DNA of 64,000 nt from Myxococcota bacterium (GTDB taxonomy: Bacteria > Myxococcota_A > Polyangia > DASYRF01), in contig DASYRF010000339.1 in the NCBI GenBank assembly GCA_036004705.1, forward strand, positions 1,676 to 65,675, written 5' to 3'. Position numbers and translations under genes: made by a program. How positions within the stretch are numbered: the first letter of the stretch is position 1; every line of letters begins with the position of its first letter. The notes under the pieces are model-generated. The model searched no databases, was not told the DNA's origin, and was given only the letters and a program-made list of their open reading frames with translations. Below, piece by piece: positions 17,315-25,318 of the stretch.

Positions 17315-18055
17315 CTACCGACTGGCGGCTCCGACGCAGCGGTCGCCTTCGAAGCGACAGGTCGCGTCCGCCGGGCGCGGCACGCACTTGCTGTCGCAGG
17401 CGTCGAGCTCGACGTCGAACGCGTCGGTGCAGTCCGGGCCCACGCACCAGCGATCGATCCGTGCGCGCAGCTCCGCGCCGCGCCAGAAGGCGGGCCGCAC
17501 GATCCATTTATCCCCGCCTGCCGAGACGCCCGCCGCGCAGTCCCAGACGCACCCGCACTCCTTGGAGACGACCGGCAGGCAGCGCGCACCCGCAGCCGCC
17601 GCCGTGGCGGGAGCCGCCGTCGACGCTGCGGCCGTGGCCACCGTCCCCGTCTCCGCGGCGGTCGTCCCCGACGCCGCCGGACCGCTGCAGCCCGCACCCA
17701 GCAGCCACACGAGCGCGAGCGCCACCGCCGCCGGCATCGCCTGCACGAACAGGATCGTCCGTTTCACCGAGTAGGCCCCGTACAGCCCTGCGATCACGAT
17801 GCAGGCGAGGAAGAACGTGAGCACTGCTCGACCAGGCGCGATTCCCAGCCAAAGGCCCCAACAGAGCCCGGTCGCCAGGAATCCGTTGTAAAGGCCCTGG
17901 TTCGCCGCCAGCGTCGCGGACGACTCGGCCTGATCCATCGTAGTGCCGAACGTCCTCCGTCCATACGGGGTCTTCCAGAGGAACATCTCGAGCACCAGGA
18001 AGTAGAAGTGCGCGGCGGCGACGAGCCCCACCGCCAGCGGCGCGAGCAGGCGCAT
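17315..18055 (-). CDS. DUF1304-like membrane protein fused to a C-terminal Cys-rich extracytoplasmic domain
   Basis: ATG 18055 (MRLLAPL). HFYFLVLEMFLWKTPYGRRTFG and QGLYNGFLA match my recollection of DUF1304. After the last helix there is a Thr/Ala linker and a domain of about 110 aa with more than 10 Cys. Confidence 0.75.
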   Translation of the reverse strand: MRLLAPLAVGLVAAAHFYFLVLEMFLWKTPYGRRTFGTTMDQAESSATLAANQGLYNGFLATGLCWGLWLGIAPGRAVLTFFLACIVIAGLYGAYSVKRTILFVQAMPAAVALALVWLLGAGCSGPAASGTTAAETGTVATAAASTAAPATAAAAGARCLPVVSKECGCVWDCAAGVSAGGDKWIVRPAFWRGAELRARIDRWCVGPDCTDAFDVELDACDSKCVPRPADATCRFEGDRCVGAASR

Positions 18056-18221
18056 TTGACCAATCAATTACCTCGACCAGGCGGGGTGCGTCCAGCGCCT
18101 CTCGGAGCGCGACTCCTTTGATCAACGACGCCAACCGCGTGGCGCTGGTGACGTGCGACCAGCTCGCTGAGATCAAGGCGATCGCGACTGACCCCCGGTG
18201 GATCGCCCGGCATGCGGCCGG

Positions 18222-19877
18222 CTAGCCACGGCCGAAGAGCTGGGACTGCGGTGCGCGCAGGTGAAGAACGGGGGTGGCCCATTCCAGGTAGTTGGGCTGC
18301 CCGTAGATCGCCTTGCGCGCCTCCGCCACCGCCGCGTCCACGGGGTAGTACTGGGCCAGCGCGCCATAGAACTCCCGCGCAAAGAGGATCGCCGCGGTGT
18401 CGCTGACCGCGAACTGCATAGCGACGGCCGCGGGCAGCCCTTGTCGCATCAGGCTCTGGGCGACGCCGGCGAAGACATCCTTGCGGCCGGAGCGGGCGCC
18501 CTCGCACGCATTCAGGACCACCAGGCGCAGCGAGGCGTGGTCGTGCAGCAGCACGCCCAGGTCCGTGCCGTTCAGCCGTCGCGGCGAGTGGTCGTCGTTC
18601 TCCAGCAGCACCTGGCCGTCTCCGGCGGCGGCGTCGAACTCGCCGTGCCCGATGAAATGCAGCACGTGGTAGTCGTGACGCTGCAGTTGGTGCTGGAGGG
18701 CCGCATAGGTGGCGTGGTCCACGCGATCCAGCACGAGGTCGCCGGCCTTGCTGCGCTCCGCGACGGCGCGCTCCAGCTTCAGGAACTCCGCCTCCACGTC
18801 CAGGGAGGCGGTTCCGCTGGGGTTGGCGATCAAGACGAGGATGCGCAGCGGCGCCTGCACGAGCAGGGGAGTCTCGTTTCCCGGCATGTCCAGGTACCGG
18901 ACCACGACGGTCTCCGTCGACAGCGCTAGGAAACGGCTGCGGGCGGGGCTCCAGAGAAACTCCCAGGGAACGTCCGAGAGCTCGGGGACGTCGGCCAGGC
19001 GCAGCCGGACGCGGAGACCGACCTGCTGCTCCTCCACGCGTGCGATGCTGTTCGAGAGGCAGGTTTCGACGCTCTCGGTGAAGACGCTGTCGTAGAGGCG
19101 CTCTCCGAAAGCCTTGACCGCGTCGGCTTCGGACGAGCCGGGACCGCGCGGCGACGACCTTCCCGAGCGCATCAGCGTCAGCACCGGTGCCAGCCAGCCC
19201 TCGAGCTCGGGAAGGGCGAACTCTCCCGCCGCCTGCCCCGCCGGCGAGGTCAACACGCGCGCTCGGTAGTGGTCGCCGGCGCGCTCCACGAGCAGGTCGA
19301 AGTCCCGGTAGGTACGCACGGCGAGCGCGGGCGCGGGTGCGCGCGAGACGACGCCGCGCGCGTCCGCCTCCTCGGGCGCGCGCTTGCGCGACGTGCGTGG
19401 CGCGGCCGCCGCCACGAAGAGCGCGCCCAGACACACCTCTACGCCGCACTCGAGGAGGGTCAGCAGGGTACGCGGCGCGCCGATGAAAAAGACGAGCGGG
19501 CGGCCGGCGCCCACGGGCGTGCCGAGCGGAAGGGAAGCCAGGGGCTCGAGCAGCAGAGTAGTGATCGCGATCAGGAAGTACGCGACGGACGCAGCGACGG
19601 TGGCGAGGAAAAAGGTCCGCGCCAGGGCGGTGCTCGCTTCGGTCCCCGCCCGCCAGACGCGCAACGCCACGACCGCGGCCGACATGAGCAGGAGACGCGA
19701 GACCACGGCGTCGAGGAACCAATACCAGACCTGCGCCTGCGAATCGCCCAGCCTCAGGCGCAGCACCGCGCCGAACAGCAGCGCCGCGCCCGCGGCCCAC
19801 ACGCCGAGCACGCGCGTCAGATACGTGACGCCGGACGGACGCGGCGTGCGTTCCCTGGCGGCGGTCGTGGTCTCCAC
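18222..19877 (-). CDS. Polytopic-membrane CHAT-domain (caspase-like) protease
   Basis: GTG 19877 lies 10 nt after the upstream stop. Four to five N-terminal hydrophobic helices. CHAT dyad contexts HFIGHGEFD and VVLNACEGAR, followed by AQSLMRQGLPAAVAMQF. Confidence 0.85.
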   Translation of the reverse strand: METTTAARERTPRPSGVTYLTRVLGVWAAGAALLFGAVLRLRLGDSQAQVWYWFLDAVVSRLLLMSAAVVALRVWRAGTEASTALARTFFLATVAASVAYFLIAITTLLLEPLASLPLGTPVGAGRPLVFFIGAPRTLLTLLECGVEVCLGALFVAAAAPRTSRKRAPEEADARGVVSRAPAPALAVRTYRDFDLLVERAGDHYRARVLTSPAGQAAGEFALPELEGWLAPVLTLMRSGRSSPRGPGSSEADAVKAFGERLYDSVFTESVETCLSNSIARVEEQQVGLRVRLRLADVPELSDVPWEFLWSPARSRFLALSTETVVVRYLDMPGNETPLLVQAPLRILVLIANPSGTASLDVEAEFLKLERAVAERSKAGDLVLDRVDHATYAALQHQLQRHDYHVLHFIGHGEFDAAAGDGQVLLENDDHSPRRLNGTDLGVLLHDHASLRLVVLNACEGARSGRKDVFAGVAQSLMRQGLPAAVAMQFAVSDTAAILFAREFYGALAQYYPVDAAVAEARKAIYGQPNYLEWATPVLHLRAPQSQLFGRG

Positions 19878-19887
19878 CGTGGTCAAC

Positions 19888-20928
19888 TCAGAGGACACCG
19901 ATGAGCTCGGCCGCCGACCAGAGGCGCGAACCAACCAGGTGCGTGCGCAGCGGGAGGCAGCGGCCCGCGGCGCAGTCGTCGGCGGACATGGGGACGGCCG
20001 TCTCGTACTCGGTGCTGTTCTGGAACTCGTAAACCAGGACGTAGAACTGAACGGCGGTGGAGAGCGCACGTGCCTTCGCGGCGGGCGCAAGCGTGGGCCC
20101 GCACTTGCTGCGGTAGTCGCCCATCGCTGCGACCGAAGGAGACAGGGACGGCTTCACGTTGTGGATCGTGAGGGCCAAGATGAAGGAGCGGAAGCGTCCC
20201 TTCTTGCGCACGAAGATGCTGGTGATGATGCCGTTCACGAATTCGCGCATGCTGTGCCAGTCGCTGGCGACGCCCCCGCTCGGCGCGCGGCGCCCGTCGG
20301 CGTCGATCTCCTCGATGCCGCTCACCAGCTCCAGGTGGTCTCCGCCCTGGCCGCACACGCCCCACGCCAGCGGGCTCGTCCGCTTGGCGATCTTGTGCAG
20401 TGCCTCGTAGGCGCCGCCCACGGTGGCGGGCCAGCGCCGGTCCGTCAGTCCGCGGAGCACCACTTCGCCGAGATCCTCGTTCATCATGCTCCAGCGCGGG
20501 ACGCGCCAGGCGTCACCGTCGCCGTAGACGTCCTTTGCCGCGTACGGACGCTTGGGCGGCGGGGCGGCCTTGGTCTTCCTGCTGGGGCTCTTGAACGGGT
20601 CCATCGGGTTGCCGTCCTTCGTCGGGCCGGTGCCACCCGCGAGCGGAGGCTCCTCTCCGGCCCCCGCCGTGGTCCGAGGCAACGCGGACTCCCCGCTCGT
20701 CGCGGGCGCCATGGTCGCGGGCGCCGTCGTCGCGGGCGCCGTCGTCGCGGGCGCGACGCCCTCCCCGTTGGCACTGCCGGTCGCGTGCGCGCCGGTTGCC
20801 GGCGGGGCCGACTCGACCCACGCAGACGATGACGTCGGCGCACCGCTTTCGCACGCGGCGAGGCCCACCACCATCGCGGTCGCAGCAAGAGCGACAGTCC
20901 CCGCGTGCATCGGTCGACCTAGCTGCAT
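19888..20928 (-). CDS. Lipoprotein of unknown function with an (APATT)n linker
   Basis: ATG 20928 (alternative 20910). Lipobox VGLAAC. Tandem-repeat linker. The C-terminal domain of about 230 aa has no recognised family. Confidence 0.75.
   Translation of the reverse strand: MQLGRPMHAGTVALAATAMVVGLAACESGAPTSSSAWVESAPPATGAHATGSANGEGVAPATTAPATTAPATMAPATSGESALPRTTAGAGEEPPLAGGTGPTKDGNPMDPFKSPSRKTKAAPPPKRPYAAKDVYGDGDAWRVPRWSMMNEDLGEVVLRGLTDRRWPATVGGAYEALHKIAKRTSPLAWGVCGQGGDHLELVSGIEEIDADGRRAPSGGVASDWHSMREFVNGIITSIFVRKKGRFRSFILALTIHNVKPSLSPSVAAMGDYRSKCGPTLAPAAKARALSTAVQFYVLVYEFQNSTEYETAVPMSADDCAAGRCLPLRTHLVGSRLWSAAELIGVL
20699..20758 (-). repeat. 15-bp x4 in-frame tandem repeat encoding the (APATT)n linker
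   Basis: The plus strand shows GTCGCGGGCGCC(gtc/atg) at 20699, 20714, 20729 and 20744. Confidence 0.8.
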
Positions 20929-21008
20929 CACTGCTAGTACATGATAAGCCCGACCGCGAGGGCCCCGCAACTTGACTTCGACCGGCCTCCTGCACCAAAA
21001 AGGCCGTC

Positions 21009-21569
21009 ATGAAAATCTCGATGCGTGGTCCATGGTCGTGTCGGTCGCTCCTCGCTGCGGTCGGGGCGGTGGGATTGCTGGTGGCGGTGGCGGGCTCCGC
21101 GGCGGCGGAGGACCTTGAAAGGGCGCATCTGCTCGAGGTGCGCAACGCGGTCCTGAAGGAAGGAAAAGTAGCGCTGGAGAAGGCGATCAAGACCGCGGAG
21201 AAGAGCGGGAAGCCGGTCGCGGCGAGCTACGACCTGAAGGACGGGAAGCTGCGCCTGTCGGTCTGGGTGGCGACGCCCGGCGGGCCCGCGGAAGTGGTCA
21301 TCGACCACAAGAGCGGCAAGGTCGTCGGTACGCCGGCGCCGCTGACCGGCGCGGACGCAGCCGCCGCGAAGGCTGCGGAGACGGCGCTGGCCACGGCGAA
21401 GCTGTCGCTTGCCGACGCCGTGCTGAAGGAAAAGCCGGACAAGAAGTCGAAGGGCATCTCCGTCACAGTGGCGACGGCGGACGGCCGCCCCAAAGGGACA
21501 CTCGTGTACGCGGTGCCGGGCCCCACCAGCGGTGCGTGGTCGATGAGCGTCGGCTACTTCCTCGACTAG
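21009..21569 (+). CDS. Periplasmic PepSY-like protein
   Basis: Signal peptide ending AAAE. Two lysine-rich units, each with a beta-hairpin-type segment (SYDLKDGKLRLSVWV, VTVATADGRPKGTLVYAV), as in PepSY domains. Confidence 0.7.
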   Translation: MKISMRGPWSCRSLLAAVGAVGLLVAVAGSAAAEDLERAHLLEVRNAVLKEGKVALEKAIKTAEKSGKPVAASYDLKDGKLRLSVWVATPGGPAEVVIDHKSGKVVGTPAPLTGADAAAAKAAETALATAKLSLADAVLKEKPDKKSKGISVTVATADGRPKGTLVYAVPGPTSGAWSMSVGYFLD

Positions 21570-21632
21570 GCCGAGGTGGCAGGCTGATCGACGATTCCAG
21601 CCGTCCCTCGAACGCGCCCGCGGGCTCCAGGC

Positions 21633-22325
21633 TCAAGGACAGACGGGGCACAAGGCCGGATCGGACGCGCAGGTGGCGGGGACACCGCAGGGCAAAGGGG
21701 CGCAGCAGATCATGCCGGCGGTGCAGCAGGTACCGCTGCAGCAGGCGCCACCGCCCGGGCAGACCGTGCCGGGGCCGCAGGCGGTGCCGCCGCCGGCGTC
21801 GGTGCCGCCGCTGGGGAAGCAGCAGCCGGAGGTGAGGTCGCACGAAGTGCCGGCGCCGCACACCATCGCGAAGGCGCAAGACGGCACGCACATCACGGTG
21901 ACGCCGCCGTCGGTGCCCCCCATGCCGGGCACGCAGCAGCGGGAGACGCCGTCGCAGACGGTGCCGGGGGCGCAATCGGTGGCGTCGGTGCAGGGCGTGC
22001 AGCTGCTGGTGGCGTCGGTGCCCGGCGCGACGGCGTCGGTGCCGGACGTGGCGTCCGTCGACGTGGTGGCGTCGGCGCCGGGAACGGCGTCGGTGGCGGA
22101 GGCGTTGCCGTCCGTGCCGGGGACGTTTCCGTCGGAGCCCGGCCCGCCTCCGGGGTCGCGGCAGGTGCGCGTCGTCGGGTCGCACACGAGGCCTCGTTCG
22201 CAGTCGCTGGTGGCGGCGCAGCTCCCGCCGACGCCCGCGCCGCCGCAGCGGCAGCCCGCGAGCGCAAGGGCGAGCGGGAGCACTACGGCAAGTCTACGGG
22301 CGAACGGGGATCGTGGCGTTTGCAC
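21633..22325 (-). CDS. Cys-rich lipoprotein (paralog of 22348..22905)
   Basis: SD GGAGG then GTG 22325. Lipobox LALAGCRCG. Module SCAATSDCERGLVCDPTTRTC, a low-complexity T/D/A/G linker and a C-terminal Cys-dense region. Confidence 0.7.
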   Translation of the reverse strand: MQTPRSPFARRLAVVLPLALALAGCRCGGAGVGGSCAATSDCERGLVCDPTTRTCRDPGGGPGSDGNVPGTDGNASATDAVPGADATTSTDATSGTDAVAPGTDATSSCTPCTDATDCAPGTVCDGVSRCCVPGMGGTDGGVTVMCVPSCAFAMVCGAGTSCDLTSGCCFPSGGTDAGGGTACGPGTVCPGGGACCSGTCCTAGMICCAPLPCGVPATCASDPALCPVCP

Positions 22326-22347
22326 GGGAACCTCCGCGGCGCGCGTC

Positions 22348-22905
22348 CTAGCCCTCCGGACAGGTGGCGCCGCTCCAGCAGCCGTCGACGGGCAAGCCGA
22401 GGCAGCACATGTCGCCGGAGGCGCAACACGCGCCGATCCCCGTGGAGGAGCTGACGCAGCACGGCGTGCCGTCGGCGCACACGCTCCCGGCGGCGCAGGC
22501 GGTGGACGCTGCGCCGTCGGTGCCGGGCGGCGCCGTCCCGTCGGTGCCGGGAGCCGCATCGGCGGCGGCGGACGAATCCACGGACGGCAACGCGTCGGTG
22601 CTGCCGGCAGCGCCGTCGGCGACGGTGGCGTCCGTGTCCGAGCCCGCGGCGTCACTGCCGGAGCCAGCGGCGTCCGTGCTGCTCCCAGGCAACTGACACG
22701 TGCGCGTCTGCGGGTCGCACACGAGGCCCTGCGCGCAGTCGCTCGTGGCGGTGCACGCTTCACCCGCGCCCGCGCTCCCGCAGCGGCACCCGGCGACGCC
22801 GGTCGCGACGGCCAGCACCACGAGCGCGCTGGCCAGCGTTCGTGCCGCCAAGGCGGACCACCGGTCGATCAACCGCGACTTCAGGCGCGACGTCAGCCAC
22901 CACAT
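22348..22905 (-). CDS. Cys-rich lipoprotein (paralog of 21633..22325)
   Basis: SD AAGGAAGGA then ATG 22905. Lipobox GVAGCRCG. Module ACTATSDCAQGLVCDPQTRTC, a D/A/S/G linker and a Cys-dense tail. Confidence 0.7.
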   Translation of the reverse strand: MWWLTSRLKSRLIDRWSALAARTLASALVVLAVATGVAGCRCGSAGAGEACTATSDCAQGLVCDPQTRTCQLPGSSTDAAGSGSDAAGSDTDATVADGAAGSTDALPSVDSSAAADAAPGTDGTAPPGTDGAASTACAAGSVCADGTPCCVSSSTGIGACCASGDMCCLGLPVDGCWSGATCPEG

Positions 22906-22973
22906 TGGGTCCTTCCTTATTAGCGCTCGGCCGGGCCGATGTCGACCCCGCCCCACCGCCGGTGTTCGCGCGA

Positions 22974-23444
22974 TCAATCGGGCAGCAGCCTCCCGCCGGC
23001 GAAGCGCCAGCGGCCGGCGCCGCGCATGGAAAGCACCGGCGGGCGCGCGACGATGGGCCACGGGCCGCACGTGTCCTCGCCGATGGACTCGTAGTCGGGC
23101 ACGAAGCGCCCGAGCTGGACCACGGCCACGCCGTCAGTGACGAACAAGAACCAGAGGCAGCGCTCGCCTGTCGAGATGGACGACGAGAAGAGCTCCACCG
23201 CCGCCACCGACGGGGACAGCGCCGCTGCGCGTGCCTCGTGGCCGACGAACAGGCCGCCGTCGTAGAAGGTCGCGCTCACGCTCACCGGCGTGTCGCCGCT
23301 GAACGCCACCAAGCGGAAGGAGAGCTGCTCATCGTCCCAGAAAGGCGGCACGTAGGCGAGGGCGACGCTCCTGTCGGAAGCGAACGTCGCGACGGGCTCC
23401 ACTTCGAGCACCGCGATCGCGCCGCGCGTCGCCGGCCTCTTCAC
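22974..23444 (-). CDS. Hypothetical protein, probably the 3' part of a frameshifted lipoprotein gene
   Basis: Strong third-position G/C bias. No SD. GTG 23444 is the only start, and this frame is also open upstream. Confidence 0.6.
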   Translation of the reverse strand: MKRPATRGAIAVLEVEPVATFASDRSVALAYVPPFWDDEQLSFRLVAFSGDTPVSVSATFYDGGLFVGHEARAAALSPSVAAVELFSSSISTGERCLWFLFVTDGVAVVQLGRFVPDYESIGEDTCGPWPIVARPPVLSMRGAGRWRFAGGRLLPD

Positions 23445-23748
23445 CGACGTAGCGCTCCTTGTCCTTCGTGGGATCGCTGCCGTACGGGAAAAGGCCGCCG
23501 CGAACGAGGACCATGTCCGCGGGCACCCAAGGAGCCGCGCTCGCCGTCTCCGGGACCGCGGCCGCGCGCACCGCCGCCGGCGCGGCGGTCGTGGCCGAGT
23601 TCGCGCAGGCGCCGGCGACGCAACGGGCCCCGGCTGCGCACTCGGCGTCGGTGCGGCACGGTGCGGTCTTCGTCCCGCCCGCGCCGCACGCGGCCCCTGT
23701 GGAGGCGAGCGCCGCCGCCCCAGCTACCCACCACGCGGGCCTCGCCAC
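23445..23748 (-). pseudogene. 5' segment (signal peptide + Cys module) of a lipoprotein gene whose frame changes near 23444
   Basis: GTG 23748 lies 4 nt after the acyl-CoA synthetase stop. Lipobox STGAAC and module CRTDAECAAGARCVAGAC. Coding-type codon bias ends at about 23445, while the ORF runs on as Arg-rich junk to 23329. Confidence 0.4.
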
Positions 23749-23752
23749 GTCG

Positions 23753-25291
23753 CTAAGCGCCGCGCAAGGCGCGCTTGAGGATCTTGCCGGTGGCGGTCTT
23801 GGGAAGGGAGTCGCGGAACTCCACGTGGCGGGGGTACTTGAAGGCAGCGAGGTGGTCCTTGCAGTAGGCGACGATGTCGTCGGCGGTGGCGCGGGCGCCG
23901 GGCTTCAGGGCGAGCACGGCTTTCACCTCCTCGCCGAGACTCTCGTGCGGCACGCCGATGACGGCGGCTTCGGCGACCGCGGGGTGCGCGTACAGCACCT
24001 CCTCCACCTCGCGCGGATACACGTTGAAGCCGCCGCGCAGGATCATGTCCTTCTTGCGGTCGACGATGAAGTAGTAGCCGTCGGCGTCGCGGGTGGCGAT
24101 GTCGCCGCTGTGGAACCAGCCGTCCTTGATGGACTCGGCGGTCGCCTCGGGGCGCTTGTAGTAGCTCTTCATCACGTTGTGGCCCTTGATGCAGATCTCG
24201 CCGGGCGCGCCGGCGGCGTCCACGACCTGGCCCTGGTCGTCCTCCAGGCGGAACTCGACGCCGCGCACCGGGACGCCGATGGAGCCGGGCTTCTTGGGAC
24301 GATCATGCAGGTTGAAGCTGGCGACGGGCGACGTCTCGCTGAGGCCGTAGCCCTCCAGGATGTTCACGCGGTACTTCGTGTCGAAGGCGCGCATGACTTC
24401 GACGGGCATGGGGGCGCCGCCGGAGACGCAGTGGCGCAGCGCGCCGAGGTCGAAGCGCTCCGCCTCGGGAAAATGCAGGAGGGCGAAGTACATCGTCGGC
24501 ACGCCGGCGAAGAAGTTCACGCGGTGCTTGGCCATGGTCTCGAGCGCGACGCGCGGGTCGAAGCGCGGGACGAGCACGAGCGTGCCGCCGCCGCCGAGCA
24601 CGGCGTTCTGCAGGACGGTCTGGCCGAAGCTGTGGAACAGCGGCAGGACGACCAGCGCGACCATGTCCTCGGACTTCTGCTCGGGCGGACCGAGCTTCTG
24701 CGCGAGCTCGGCGTTGTAGAAGAGGTTGAAGTGCGTGAGCTCGGCGCCCTTGGGACGGCCGGTGGTGCCGCTCGTGTAGAGAATGACGGCCGTGTCGTCG
24801 GCGCGCGTATCGGGGAGCTCGGTGACGGGCGTGGCCGCGTCCATGAGCGCGGGCACGCTGGCGGCGCCGTCGGGGGCGGTGCGCGCGCTGGGGTCGGCGC
24901 CGGCGATCAGCAGGTGCTGGCAGGTGTCGACGCGATCGAACGCGGCGCGCGCCTGGTCGTAGAACCCTTCCCAGGCGACGAGGGCCACGGCGTCGGAGTC
25001 CTCCAGGTGGTAGGCGATCTCGTCGGGCGTGAGCATCACGTTCAGCGGAACGACGGGGGTGGCGGCGTAGTGCGCGCCGAAGTACGCGATCGTGAAGTGC
25101 GGGACGTTGGGCAGCATCAGCGCGACGTGCTGCCCGGGGCGCACGCCGAGGGCGCGCAGCGCGCCGGCGAAGCGCTGCGCCGCCGTGTGCAGCGCGGCGT
25201 AGGGGATCGAGCGGTCGGCGAGCGTGAGCGCGGCCTTGTCGGGCCGCGCGCGGGCGCTCTCGCGGAGCAGCGTGGCGAGGTTGAGGCTCAT
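23753..25291 (-). CDS. AMP-dependent acyl-CoA synthetase (long-chain fatty acid-CoA ligase-like)
   Basis: SD GGAGGG. Motifs LYTSGTTGRPKGA, GYGLSET, GWFHSGD and PKTATGKILKR. Confidence 0.92.
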   Translation of the reverse strand: MSLNLATLLRESARARPDKAALTLADRSIPYAALHTAAQRFAGALRALGVRPGQHVALMLPNVPHFTIAYFGAHYAATPVVPLNVMLTPDEIAYHLEDSDAVALVAWEGFYDQARAAFDRVDTCQHLLIAGADPSARTAPDGAASVPALMDAATPVTELPDTRADDTAVILYTSGTTGRPKGAELTHFNLFYNAELAQKLGPPEQKSEDMVALVVLPLFHSFGQTVLQNAVLGGGGTLVLVPRFDPRVALETMAKHRVNFFAGVPTMYFALLHFPEAERFDLGALRHCVSGGAPMPVEVMRAFDTKYRVNILEGYGLSETSPVASFNLHDRPKKPGSIGVPVRGVEFRLEDDQGQVVDAAGAPGEICIKGHNVMKSYYKRPEATAESIKDGWFHSGDIATRDADGYYFIVDRKKDMILRGGFNVYPREVEEVLYAHPAVAEAAVIGVPHESLGEEVKAVLALKPGARATADDIVAYCKDHLAAFKYPRHVEFRDSLPKTATGKILKRALRGA

Positions 25292-25318
25292 GGGTCCCTC
25301 CGTGTCGGCGTTGGTTGG

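Noticed and set aside
18222-23444. Gasdermin-type or CRISPR-type partner for the CHAT protease
   Set aside because: Neighbouring small proteins all carry signal peptides/lipoboxes or are Cys-rich. None resembles a cytoplasmic bacterial gasdermin of about 250 aa, Csx30-like or TPR-Cas partners.
16455-23748. Mobile element or genomic island interpretation of the hypothetical-gene patch (CHAT, lipoproteins, PepSY)
   Set aside because: No integrase, transposase, tRNA target, flanking direct repeats or compositional break is visible. Codon bias looks like the rest of the window.
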